From an uncultured Oscillospiraceae bacterium (GTDB taxonomy: Bacteria; Bacillota; Clostridia; Saccharofermentanales; UBA5734), in contig CAYVHB010000004.1 of the NCBI GenBank assembly GCA_964450865.1, forward strand, positions 40,363 through 104,362: a stretch of DNA of 64,000 nt, in the 5' to 3' direction. The translations under genes were made by a program, and so were the position numbers. Positions 37,485-47,436 of this stretch are shown in pieces. The notes under the pieces were generated by a model, which was given only the letters and a program-made list of their open reading frames with translations, was not told the origin of the DNA and ran no database searches. The number at the start of each line of letters is the position of its first letter. Within the stretch, counting starts at the first letter, position 1.

Positions 37485-38216
37485 ATGACAACACAGATCT
37501 GGGCGCACCGCGGTGCGAGCAAAATAGCCCCCGAAAATACCCTGCCGGCCTTTGAGCAGGCTGTCCGCCTCGGCGCGGATGGAATTGAGCTGGATATCCA
37601 GCGCACAGCAGATGGCCATCTGGTGGTCGTTCACGATGAAACCTGCCACCGGGTTACCGGGCAGGCCGGATGGATTCACCGCATGACCCTGGCCGAATTG
37701 CGCCAGCTCAATTTTGCCGCGACCTTCAGCCAATTTCCCGGCACAACCCTGCCAACCCTGGACGAGGTGTTCGACCTGATTCGCCCAACCCGCCTGGTCA
37801 TCAATATCGAGCTGAAAAACGGCCTGATCCCTTATGCCAATATGGAAAACGAAGTCATCGCCCTCGCTGATGCCTGGCAGATGACGGAGCGGGTTTATTT
37901 TTCATCGTTCAATCATTACAGCATGCGGGAAATACGCCAGCTTCGTCCGGATATCCGCTGCGGCCTGCTTTATGAGTGTGGCCTGGTCGATCCCTGGCAA
38001 TATGCCCGGCGAGTCGGGGCTACGGCGATCCACCCCTCCTTCCCGAATCTGCAGATTCCCGATCTGACGGCACAGTGTCACGATACCGGCGTGGCGATCC
38101 ATGCCTGGACGCTTGATGATCCGGAGATCCTGCGCAAGGCCATGAACCTCGGCATTGACGCTGTCATTACCAATGTTCCGGACCTGGCGGCGGAAATTCG
38201 CGCCACCCTGGCCTAG
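37485..38216 (+). CDS. Glycerophosphodiester phosphodiesterase
   Basis: HRGASKIAPENTLPAF and ELDIQRTADGHLVVVHDE GDPD catalytic motifs. Confidence 0.85.
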   Translation: MTTQIWAHRGASKIAPENTLPAFEQAVRLGADGIELDIQRTADGHLVVVHDETCHRVTGQAGWIHRMTLAELRQLNFAATFSQFPGTTLPTLDEVFDLIRPTRLVINIELKNGLIPYANMENEVIALADAWQMTERVYFSSFNHYSMREIRQLRPDIRCGLLYECGLVDPWQYARRVGATAIHPSFPNLQIPDLTAQCHDTGVAIHAWTLDDPEILRKAMNLGIDAVITNVPDLAAEIRATLA

Positions 38217-38283
38217 AAACGCCACCCTGGCTTAAAAACTATATTGCACGCAGATTTCAGATATCCAGGCTAAGGAGACTGCC

Positions 38284-39600
38284 ATGAAGCAAGACACCAT
38301 TAAACTGAACTATAAGCGGACTTTCCTGATTGGCTTTGGCTTTTTTGCCAGCTCCCTGGCCTGGAGTATCTACAACAGTTTTGTACCCCTGATGCTGGAG
38401 AAGCGTTTCGTGGCTACGACAGCCATCATCGGCTTTATCATGACCATTGACAATATTTTCGGGGTCGTATTCCAGCCGCTGTTCGGCCAGCTCAGTGACC
38501 GGACCCATACCCGTTTCGGCAAGCGGATGCCTTATATCATGGCCGGTATTCCCATTTGTGCCTCGGCGTTTATCTTTATCCCGCAGGCCCAGACGCTCTG
38601 GCTGATGATGGCTGTCATTATTCTGTTCAATCTGGTGATGTCCTTCTGGCGCGCCCCGGTTGTAGCCCTGATGCCGGACCTGACGCCGCCAGCGTTGCGC
38701 AGCAAGGCCAATGGTGTCATCAACCTGATGGGCGGTGTCGGCAGTATCATTGCCTTCCTGGCCGGTGGATTCCTTGTCAAGACGGGCGGTTATAATCTGC
38801 CGTTTCTGATGGGTTCGATCATCATGATCTTTGCCCTGCTGATGCTGCTGCGCTTCATCCGTGAGCCTGACAGCCGTCTGCCTGTCGACAGCCCGATTGC
38901 CGGCAGTCATATGTCCGGCGACCGGACTGCCAGTGGCCATAATGCCGGCAGCCAGGCCGCCGGCCAGCTTCACCTGGCGCCCAAGGTCTGGGCTCCCGGT
39001 GAAAAACGCAGTTTACTGGCCTTGCTGCTGGCCATCTTCTTCTGGTTCTGTGGCTATAACGCCGTCGAGGCGTTTTTTACGCTATATGCGACCAAGGAAC
39101 TCGGCCTATCGGCCGGAGACGCTACCATGACCTTGACCCTGTTCTCCCTGACGCTGGTTATCTTTGCCTTGCCGGCCGGGATCCTGGCGGGCCGCATCGG
39201 ACGAAAACGCGTCATCATCGGCGGCCTGATCGGCATGATCGTGCTCTTCCTGCCCATGTTTTTGATCAACCAGCTGTGGGTCCTGCGGATCATGCTGCTT
39301 CTGGCCGGGATCTGCTGGGCCGGCATCAACATCAATTCCCTGCCGATGGTTGTTGAGCTTGCCAGTGCCGACCGTATCGGCAGCTTTACCGGCTACTACT
39401 ATTTCTTCTCTTTCAGCGCCGCCATTCTCAGTCCGACACTGTTTGGCGCAATTCGCGACCTGACCAGAAGCTACGGCGTTCTATTCCTATACTCGGGCAT
39501 CGCCTTTACCCTGGCTTTGCTCAGCATGCTTTTTGTCCGCCATGGTGAGGCCCGGACCGAGGTGGCCCTGGGTGACGCCCTGGAGGCGCTCAACGACTGA
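38284..39600 (+). CDS. MFS transporter
   Basis: 12-TM pattern, MFS signature-like GRIGRKR loop between TM2/3-equivalent. Confidence 0.8.
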   Translation: MKQDTIKLNYKRTFLIGFGFFASSLAWSIYNSFVPLMLEKRFVATTAIIGFIMTIDNIFGVVFQPLFGQLSDRTHTRFGKRMPYIMAGIPICASAFIFIPQAQTLWLMMAVIILFNLVMSFWRAPVVALMPDLTPPALRSKANGVINLMGGVGSIIAFLAGGFLVKTGGYNLPFLMGSIIMIFALLMLLRFIREPDSRLPVDSPIAGSHMSGDRTASGHNAGSQAAGQLHLAPKVWAPGEKRSLLALLLAIFFWFCGYNAVEAFFTLYATKELGLSAGDATMTLTLFSLTLVIFALPAGILAGRIGRKRVIIGGLIGMIVLFLPMFLINQLWVLRIMLLLAGICWAGININSLPMVVELASADRIGSFTGYYYFFSFSAAILSPTLFGAIRDLTRSYGVLFLYSGIAFTLALLSMLFVRHGEARTEVALGDALEALND

Positions 39601-39631
39601 ACATTCTGATCATCCATGCAGAGGTTGCAGA

Positions 39632-40789
39632 TTGGGGGGCTGGTGCTTGAGTCGACTTTTCCCGGGAAACCATACAACGCTCGAACAGACGCAATTGCTG
39701 TATCAGCGGATCTACCATTGCCCTGACCTCACCCGCCAGGCCCTGGCCGAGCAAATGGACCTGCCGGCGACGACGCTGAATCGCACACTCGATCGCCTGA
39801 TCGCACTGGGGCTGGTCTCGGCAGAATCCCAGGGAGCTTCATCAGGCGGGCGCCGTCCTGATCTGTTCCGGATCATCCCCGGCGCCCGCAGTCTGCTCGG
39901 GATTGAACTCAATGGCGCGGCCAGTCGCCTGGTCCTGACGGATCTTTGTTTGACTCCCATTGGTGACGAATCGCTGGCTGGCTGGCCTGGGTGTGAGCCG
40001 GTCCAACGCATTCCCTGGCTGATCGGGCAAATCAAGTCAGCCTGTCAGAAGTACAAGGTCGGTCTGGAGCAGGTGCTTGGCATTGGCCTGGTTGGTCCGG
40101 ATGTGACGGCGACAGCCACTGAGCCGGACACGAATACGAATCTGGCAGACATCAGTCTGGTGGCTGTGTTACAGCATCATCTGCAGATGCCGGCCTGGGC
40201 GACTGATCCGATCCTGGCTGCGACCTGGGCGGGTATTTTACCCGTTAATTCCACTGTTGATCAACCCATGCAATACTGGTTTATCGACGATGCGATCCTG
40301 CTGGGATCCGTTGAAAAGATTTTTCCGTCTTCCTCCTGGCAGGCCCTGCCAGTCAGTCATCTGCAGGCTGCTGATCCCGCAGGCGGACAGGCTGTTACCC
40401 TGGCGGCAATGACAACTCGCCCTGGCCTGGTCCACCAGTTTCAGCAGCTCAAAAACGACACGGCACTGACCTGGACCGATCTGCTCGCGGCAGCCAGCCA
40501 GGGCAAGAAAAAAGCAACGGTTGTCATGCAACGGGGCCTGCAAAGCCTGGCCATGGCCATCTATAACGCGGCGGTCATCAACCGGACCCGGCAAGTCGTG
40601 CTCGGCGGTCCGCTGGTCAGCGAGTGGCCGTCCTATGGCAGCGCTGTCTGTCAGCAAATCGCGCGAATCAGCCAGGGCAGTGACCAGCCAATAACAGTGA
40701 CGGTCGATACCACAGGCCCCGGTGGTCGCGCGCTGGGCGCGGCGGTCGTGGTGATGGCCCGCAGTCTCGGTCCACAGTCTCACCGGTAA
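39632..40789 (+). CDS. ROK family transcriptional regulator (N-terminal HTH + ROK sugar-kinase-like domain); TTG start proposed
   Basis: HTH LTRQALAEQMDLPATTLNRTLDRLIALGLV, ROK block SSGGRRPDLFRI...LGIELNG aligns to XylR-type ROK repressors; ATG at 39533 would overlap MFS gene by 68 nt whereas TTG 39632 has AGAGG RBS. Confidence 0.65.
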   Translation: MGGWCLSRLFPGNHTTLEQTQLLYQRIYHCPDLTRQALAEQMDLPATTLNRTLDRLIALGLVSAESQGASSGGRRPDLFRIIPGARSLLGIELNGAASRLVLTDLCLTPIGDESLAGWPGCEPVQRIPWLIGQIKSACQKYKVGLEQVLGIGLVGPDVTATATEPDTNTNLADISLVAVLQHHLQMPAWATDPILAATWAGILPVNSTVDQPMQYWFIDDAILLGSVEKIFPSSSWQALPVSHLQAADPAGGQAVTLAAMTTRPGLVHQFQQLKNDTALTWTDLLAAASQGKKKATVVMQRGLQSLAMAIYNAAVINRTRQVVLGGPLVSEWPSYGSAVCQQIARISQGSDQPITVTVDTTGPGGRALGAAVVVMARSLGPQSHR

Positions 40790-41063
40790 GCAAGACCAGG
40801 ACAAGATTGCTGTGCCAACTTGATCCAGCCGTGTTAAAATTAAGCTGTAGCAGTCCCTGCCGTTCGCTGCCTTTCGCTGCCGTTCCGCAAGTTGCTCAGT
40901 TGTTCGCCGCCCTGCCGCAAGTTGCTTTGCCGTCGCCAGCAAGTATCAGCTGTTGTCAGACGCATTTGAGTCTGTTCTCTGGATATCCGGATCCTGCAAT
41001 ACGCTGCAGGCCGATCATTCCAACTGAGAATCAAGATCTGCGCTTTTCGGGGAGGGATGATAC

Positions 41064-44000
41064 ATGGCATCCGAACGCGTAAAACCCGTTAAACCGGCTC
41101 AGCCGGGCCCCGCTTCGCCGACATCCGGCAGTCTATCTGCCGCCACCACAAACACGAACATCAGCCAGCCGGGCCCGGCCACTACTACCGGAAACAAGCC
41201 GGGTAATCAGCCTGCCCCAGCCAGGCCCGGTCGACGTCCTGGCTGGTTGCGAGTTGATAAAAGACTGCTCCGGGCCTTTGGTGCCGGAGCCCTGGCAGCT
41301 ATTCTTGTTTTCAGTATCCTGCTGACAGCGTTGAATCCCGGCTGGCTGGCCGGCACTTTTACCCGCCAGATTGGCAGCCGTACGCTGGCCCAGGAAGTCA
41401 ATCTGCAGCCGGTCACTGCTGCGCCGGCTACCCTGAAAGCAGCGGCCGAGATTGAGCAGACCTTTAACCTGGCCCTGAGCCAGGCTGAAATCAAGTCTAC
41501 CAAAACCGATTATTATCAGCTTGGCGGCTTTTTCCGGGACCTGAAAATCAGTGCCATCAAGCCGGCGGGTGACCAGCTGGCGATAACCATCAAGGGCAAA
41601 ATTGCCGATCCACATGCCTATGGGCCGGATGTCGGCAATCCCGACGGTGAAATCTACGTCATGCCGGAAGCCCTGCAGGACTCGACAGCTGCCTTTGCGG
41701 CCAGGATTACCATTGAATACCCGCAACTCAATCCGCAGACGACCGTTCTGGAGGAAAAGCCGGCTTATAGCGACCAGCTGGTCTTCACCCTGCAGGGTGA
41801 CACGTTCCGCCAGGTACCAACAGCTGCCGATATCACGCTGGGTGGCGGGTTTACCGGCATGACCGTCGCAGCCGTTCGCCAGCAGGAACAGGAGCTGGCC
41901 CTAACCATCACGGGCGGCCTCGATCCCAATGGCGGCAATGGTATTGTCACGCTGGCCGGCACAGCCCTGGGCAGCGCATTTTCTGTTGACCAGGTGATCA
42001 GGATTGCCGGCACAGCCTGCCTCTTCTCTTTTACGCCGCTGACCGTTGAAGAACCCCTGCAGGAAACGCTGCTGGTCGGTATTGATCACGATTCCTTTGC
42101 AACTGACCTGACCGCAGACATGTTCACGCTCGGCGGCGGCCTGGCTGATGCGCGGATTACCGAGGTCCGGCCGACTGACCAGCCCAATGCTGTCTGGCTG
42201 ACCATTCAGGGAGCAGCCTTGCGCCAGCCCGGTTCAGCCAGCCTGCGGGCCGAGGCCCGGGCTGTGACGAGTGGCCGTGCTGTCACCGGCACAATCGACA
42301 TTCGTAATCCGGATATTTACGCTTTCCATGTCATGGACAGCCAGGCCAACCAGGCCACCGATAATCAGGTCTATGATCTTTACACCCTGGGCAATGACTT
42401 TTTGCCATACCTGCAGGCAGGCGACTTCGTCCTCAAGGATGCTCTGTCTTTTTGTAAAATCACAGCGGTAAAATGGCTCAACGGCTATCATGTGCTGCTG
42501 ACAGTGCGTGGTTTGCCCGGCAATGGCGAGGGACGCATCGCAGTCCGTTCGGCCGCGCTCGGGGGGGTGACCGGCGCGGATGCGGTCGTCCAGAAGATCC
42601 GCCAGGCTGATCTCCTGATCGCGGGAACCAGCGACGCAGCCTTGCTGCAGGCGCCACAACCAGCAGACCAGGCAAGCAGCCCGGCCTTGTTGCAGACATC
42701 GTTGCCATCCGGCCTGGCCGGCCTGGACATGGTTCGCTGGCAACAGATCCTGTCCCCGGGCGGGCTGGCCGGCGGGAACTGGGGTAACCAGATGCCGGTA
42801 TCAGGCATCCGGACGTTAACCGCCCCATCCGCGGGACTGCGCGCGGCAGCCAGTCCGCTGCGCCTCAATACCACACCCGCGTCTGAAGCCCAGCTGATGT
42901 GGGGACTGGACCAGCTTATCGACTGGGGTATCGACAAGGTCAAGGGACTGGTTATTGAGGGGATCAAATCAGGCCTGAAAGCCGGTGCGACCAAGGGCCT
43001 GATGTACGGCCTGCGGGAAACCGGACTGCAAGGGCCGGCTGTTGAGGATCTGCTCAAGGAAATCCAGACGTCGCTCGACCAGATCCAGAAACAGCTCGGT
43101 ACCATGCAGAATGTGCTCAGCGAAGCCATCAGCGACACGGAGCTGAATGGCCAGCTGGCTTCGTTACTGGAAGCCCAGACCAAAATCAAACGGGCCTATG
43201 AGATGTATGTATTCCTGCAAAGCCAGATCAAAGATTATGAAGCGGCCAACCCTGGCAAAAAAGCGCTGGATGATCCGGATATCAGGCACGCCAATGAATT
43301 GTTCATGAATGAGATTGCCACGAAGGACATCGAAACGGCGACCCTGCAGATCGCCCAGGCCATGGCCGGCAATTCGCAGGCAACGTCACTGATTACGATT
43401 TATTACAATAACCGCAAGCACAAACTGCCCTTTGAGCACAATGCCGCCGAGAATCTGCGCCAGTTTTACCAGGAAATGCTGATGCTGCAAACTCAGGGGC
43501 TCCTGCTCTATGCCGAATACTGCAATTACAACATGGCCAGCAGCCAGCTGTTTTACAATAACAAGCTGGAAACCATGACCAATACAATCTCGGAAAGCCT
43601 GGACGCCCAGAAAAAGTTCCTGCCACCGGACAGCGTGTTCAAGGTCAAGAACAATCCGCTCAGCGGTGACATCCGGGTCAAGAGCAACTACAGCGGCAAG
43701 TCGTACATCCTGGTCAAGGGGGCCTCTACCATGGCCCAGCTGACATCGGACAAGCAGGCAAAAAGCGGCTTTGTGATCACCTACTATATTCCCGTCAACC
43801 AGAACAAGGACGGCACTAATTCCGACAAGGCCCTGGTCAAGATCCTGCGCGACCGCGGGAATACAGCTGTCAATACAGCCAGTACCGAAAGCGGTGATGC
43901 CCCGACAACCGGGCCATACCGGGAACTGGCCAAAAGTGATATCGCCGACCTGCTTTACTACCATAAGGAAAAGAAACTGGAGACAAATACCATCAATTTC

Positions 44001-44207
44001 TTTGCAAAATATACCGGTGCCGACGGTCTGGTTGATTATCTCTATCTGAAACGCGAGGGCAGCTCAATCTTTGCCCTGCTGGGTCCGCTGGATTATAACT
44101 ACGACATCTACGACATGCGGACTGACAGCTACCGGACTTTCAAAGCCTCGGACCTTTTCAGCAAATACAAGGATTATTATGAGAAAATAATCCTGGCTGT
44201 TCGCTGA
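41064..44207 (+). CDS. Large (1047 aa) membrane-anchored modular surface protein of unknown function
   Basis: RBS GGGAGGGATGA; Pro/Gly/Thr-rich cytoplasmic N-tail, single TM (residues about 69-91), four tandem about 85-aa beta-rich repeats, Pro/Ala linker, about 420-aa C-terminal domain with helical then beta-rich halves and lower GC. Confidence 0.8.
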   Translation: MASERVKPVKPAQPGPASPTSGSLSAATTNTNISQPGPATTTGNKPGNQPAPARPGRRPGWLRVDKRLLRAFGAGALAAILVFSILLTALNPGWLAGTFTRQIGSRTLAQEVNLQPVTAAPATLKAAAEIEQTFNLALSQAEIKSTKTDYYQLGGFFRDLKISAIKPAGDQLAITIKGKIADPHAYGPDVGNPDGEIYVMPEALQDSTAAFAARITIEYPQLNPQTTVLEEKPAYSDQLVFTLQGDTFRQVPTAADITLGGGFTGMTVAAVRQQEQELALTITGGLDPNGGNGIVTLAGTALGSAFSVDQVIRIAGTACLFSFTPLTVEEPLQETLLVGIDHDSFATDLTADMFTLGGGLADARITEVRPTDQPNAVWLTIQGAALRQPGSASLRAEARAVTSGRAVTGTIDIRNPDIYAFHVMDSQANQATDNQVYDLYTLGNDFLPYLQAGDFVLKDALSFCKITAVKWLNGYHVLLTVRGLPGNGEGRIAVRSAALGGVTGADAVVQKIRQADLLIAGTSDAALLQAPQPADQASSPALLQTSLPSGLAGLDMVRWQQILSPGGLAGGNWGNQMPVSGIRTLTAPSAGLRAAASPLRLNTTPASEAQLMWGLDQLIDWGIDKVKGLVIEGIKSGLKAGATKGLMYGLRETGLQGPAVEDLLKEIQTSLDQIQKQLGTMQNVLSEAISDTELNGQLASLLEAQTKIKRAYEMYVFLQSQIKDYEAANPGKKALDDPDIRHANELFMNEIATKDIETATLQIAQAMAGNSQATSLITIYYNNRKHKLPFEHNAAENLRQFYQEMLMLQTQGLLLYAEYCNYNMASSQLFYNNKLETMTNTISESLDAQKKFLPPDSVFKVKNNPLSGDIRVKSNYSGKSYILVKGASTMAQLTSDKQAKSGFVITYYIPVNQNKDGTNSDKALVKILRDRGNTAVNTASTESGDAPTTGPYRELAKSDIADLLYYHKEKKLETNTINFFAKYTGADGLVDYLYLKREGSSIFALLGPLDYNYDIYDMRTDSYRTFKASDLFSKYKDYYEKIILAVR

Positions 44208-44226
44208 AAGCAAGGAGAACCAGCCA

Positions 44227-45234
44227 TCAGTCAAACGCCGCCGGGTGCATCGCCAGGTCAGCCGGCGGCATATGCTGCGCCAGGTCGATGACCTGCCAGT
44301 CACCCGGCTCCCTGGCGATCAGGATCGAGCCGCTGAAAGCGGGTTCATTGCAGCGCAGCCAGGTCGCGAAACGCTGATAAAAGCGGGTAAAACCATGGGC
44401 GTGCATGGGCAGGACCCAGCGCGGCTGTAAGCGCCGTACCGCATCCCGGGCTCCATGCAGCAATTGCGCTTCCTGGAAACCGTCACTGGTGCTGACTGGT
44501 ATGAAAGCCAGGTCAACGGGCCAGGCCAGGCCCTGCAGGATCTGCAGGGCCTTTTCGTGTTGCTCGCGATAAGCGGGTGTATCGGCCCAGACGGCGAGAT
44601 CGCCGCCAAAGTAGATTGTCAATTCCGGCAGGCGCAACAGAAAGGCTACACCCTGGTCCGTCGAAAAGGTCGTCGCAATCGTTAGCTCGAGCTGGCTGTC
44701 CGGTGAAGCGAGGCATTGCCCCGGCCGCATGTAAAGCAGCCCTGGCCGGGCTGGAATGGGCACCGGTTCATCAAGGTCGAGACCCAGCCAGCTATACAGA
44801 ACCGGCCCGGCCAGCGGAGCAGGTTGCACAGTGAGCGATGAAGGTCTCACTTCGCCTGCATCGTTCGTGGTCCCATCGCCCAGGCCACCGGACAATACCG
44901 ATTCAGGCTGTAAAACTGCCTCGCGCAAGGCTGCTTGCCAGGCTGGATTGTCGTGGTCTGTGTGGCGATGGGATGCAAAGGTCAGGATCGGCCGCGGTTG
45001 TGGCGGGAGTGACAGATTGATGGGCAGTCGCAAAGGCTGGCTGGCCAGGGCTACGAGTTCTGGCGGATCCAGCCGGCCATTTACAGCCAGGCCACTCCCA
45101 GTCTGCTGAGTCAGGTCTGGCCGGGCTGGGCGGCTGCCATAGTCGAAAACAAGCACATGCCGGCTGGTTTCGACCAGCCAGGCACTGTGCCCCAGGTATC
45201 GGATCTGTACGAACTGATGGCAGGCAGCTGACAT
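44227..45234 (-). CDS. MBL-fold metallo-hydrolase
   Basis: HRHTDHDNP (HxHxDH) and MHAHGF motifs; start MSAACHQ after RBS AGGAGG. Confidence 0.75.
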   Translation of the reverse strand: MSAACHQFVQIRYLGHSAWLVETSRHVLVFDYGSRPARPDLTQQTGSGLAVNGRLDPPELVALASQPLRLPINLSLPPQPRPILTFASHRHTDHDNPAWQAALREAVLQPESVLSGGLGDGTTNDAGEVRPSSLTVQPAPLAGPVLYSWLGLDLDEPVPIPARPGLLYMRPGQCLASPDSQLELTIATTFSTDQGVAFLLRLPELTIYFGGDLAVWADTPAYREQHEKALQILQGLAWPVDLAFIPVSTSDGFQEAQLLHGARDAVRRLQPRWVLPMHAHGFTRFYQRFATWLRCNEPAFSGSILIAREPGDWQVIDLAQHMPPADLAMHPAAFD

Positions 45235-45367
45235 TGAAGGCCTCCTGTGATTCCATAGCTGCAAAGAAGGCAGATGACAGACCCGGTAACCTGTGACTAC
45301 CGGATTGCCAAGGCAGGTGCCAGATTCCGCCCATCCCCCGCTGGCTGACTGCTTGCTGCCAATTGAC

Positions 45368-47170
45368 TCACGGTTTTTCACCCAGGAAGATCGCCTGCAG
45401 CCGGACATTATAGTAAAGAGCCGCTCCACCTTGCCGATTCATTTCCACCATGGCCAGTACAGCCTTGACCCGGATCTCGTCCGCTTCCACGAAGAAAGAC
45501 AGATCATCAGCCGACGTGGCCGTTATCTGGTTATAATTACTGCCCAAAGGATATTTGGCCTGCAGATTCTGCAGATATGCCGTCAATGTTTCGTCGATCA
45601 GGGTCTGGCCGGCCCGCTTGACGATCAGGCGGGGGATATTGGCTGAGCCGCTTATCTGCCAGGTGACCTGATAGGTACCCTTCTGCCCGGCGACTTCCGT
45701 GGGTGTGTTGCTCCATTCATCACGCAGGCCAACAGCCCATTGATAGCCACTCAAATCAATCCCGGCGGATGGCCGGACGACAACGGACGACAGATACTCA
45801 TTGCCACCGGGCTCAATTGCCCAGTTCTGGTCAAAGCCAAAGGTCTGGCGGAAGGTGTCCTGCGCGCTCAGATTGGCCGGCAGCCAGGCGGGTGGCTGCA
45901 GATCAGTTTCACCGGTTATGAACATGACAGCGTCCGTGATCTGGACTTGGGCCTGTTTATCCACACTGCCTGATGGAACGATCGCGCCGTTGACCAGCAG
46001 GCCATTGGCTTTCAGCAATTGCTGCAGCCGGCTGACCTGCGCCTGGTAAGGCAGGTCGCGATACCCAATAACCGGCAGTACTGCAACCAGAATCAGCACC
46101 ATGGCCAGCCAGGCCAGCCAATGATTGCCACGCACCTGCCGGACGAGCAGCAGGACGGCAGCCAGCACCCCGAAAATCCACAGCAGCAAGAAAATATATT
46201 CATCAAGCTTCAGGCCATTCACCTGAAGACGGCGAACAAAGGCCCAGGCTGCAAAGCCCAGGAACACCAGGGCAGCGATGGGATAGACATGCCGATAGAA
46301 GCGTGTCAGGGGCAGGTCCTTCTGGCTGACCATGATAAACAGCCAGACACCGGCCAGGGAGTAGCCGGCCATAATCGCGGCCAGCTGCTGGAATTGCGGC
46401 CAGTCCCCGGTTATGACAATCTGGATCGTCCAGAGCAGCAGGACCACCGTCAGGGCCAGGACAATCGGGATCATGACATAGGCAAAGAGAATTTCAATAA
46501 AGCGGGGCTGCTTCTGGGCAACCTCCCGGTGTTCATCCGTACTGTCGCGCTGAAAATCCGGGAAATAACCGAGGAAGAAAGCAAAGGTCAGCAGGGCCGA
46601 CCAGGTGCCTATATGCTGGTACACTTTCTCGCTCAGGTCTTTGTAAAGCAGGGACTGGACCGCAAAAGCCACGGCGAACAGGCCGAGCATGATCACCAGA
46701 CCATAAAGCAGGGCAATCAGCAGCGACTTGTGCGTCATGAAGAAGGAATCATTGAACGTCGAGCGCTCCCGGGGCCAGGCCGCGAGCAGGATAAAGGCGA
46801 GCAGCGAGATCGCGATGGCAGCCACAATCCGGCTGATGCGGATATCCGTAAACACACCGGCCGGCCAGTAAAGGGCGGCAAATGCGGTTCCACCCGCCGC
46901 CAGGCCCAGTCCATTGGCCAGCCAGAAAGTCAGCGGCTTGCCAGAACGGCTCTGCGCAGCCGTGATGATCGCCAGGCTGAAAATCGCCACAAAGGCAAAA
47001 GCCCACTGCAAGCTGTTGAACAGGCGGGTATCAACCGGCGTGTCCAGCTGGATCCGGATCGAAGCCAGTATGGCCACGACCAGTGCGCCGGTCATTGCCA
47101 TCGGATAACGGGTGAACGCCTTGGCGCCACCGCTGAAGATCCGGGTTATAGAGCGGCCAAAAGATAGCAT
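45368..47170 (-). CDS. DUF4153-like polytopic membrane protein with C-terminal extracytoplasmic domain
   Basis: About 12 hydrophobic helices then about 200-aa soluble C-terminal region; RBS GGGAGGTG before MLSFGR. Confidence 0.65.
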   Translation of the reverse strand: MLSFGRSITRIFSGGAKAFTRYPMAMTGALVVAILASIRIQLDTPVDTRLFNSLQWAFAFVAIFSLAIITAAQSRSGKPLTFWLANGLGLAAGGTAFAALYWPAGVFTDIRISRIVAAIAISLLAFILLAAWPRERSTFNDSFFMTHKSLLIALLYGLVIMLGLFAVAFAVQSLLYKDLSEKVYQHIGTWSALLTFAFFLGYFPDFQRDSTDEHREVAQKQPRFIEILFAYVMIPIVLALTVVLLLWTIQIVITGDWPQFQQLAAIMAGYSLAGVWLFIMVSQKDLPLTRFYRHVYPIAALVFLGFAAWAFVRRLQVNGLKLDEYIFLLLWIFGVLAAVLLLVRQVRGNHWLAWLAMVLILVAVLPVIGYRDLPYQAQVSRLQQLLKANGLLVNGAIVPSGSVDKQAQVQITDAVMFITGETDLQPPAWLPANLSAQDTFRQTFGFDQNWAIEPGGNEYLSSVVVRPSAGIDLSGYQWAVGLRDEWSNTPTEVAGQKGTYQVTWQISGSANIPRLIVKRAGQTLIDETLTAYLQNLQAKYPLGSNYNQITATSADDLSFFVEADEIRVKAVLAMVEMNRQGGAALYYNVRLQAIFLGEKP

Positions 47171-47436
47171 GTCAAAACACCTCCCGATTTTGCCGGATTT
47201 ACGGACCGGCAGACCCGTACCCGGCATGTTTTCAGGGCCTGCACATTTCAGGCGCCTGGCACCACGGCCGGGTATTCTATTTATTATAGCTGAAAATTGA
47301 ACAGGAAAGTTATACCCAGGAGCATTGCCAATTTCAGGCGCCAGGCAGACCCGCGAGCAAAACAGTTTTCAATCACCGGGCACAAATCAGAAACGGAGCA
47401 AGCCGCAGCCGAACCTGGCACTGGCGCTGGCACTTT

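Noticed and set aside
39533-39631. ATG start at 39533 for ROK regulator
   Set aside because: Would overlap MFS gene by 68 nt with no RBS; TTG at 39632 with AGAGG RBS gives canonical ROK N-terminal HTH spacing. Kept as alternative.
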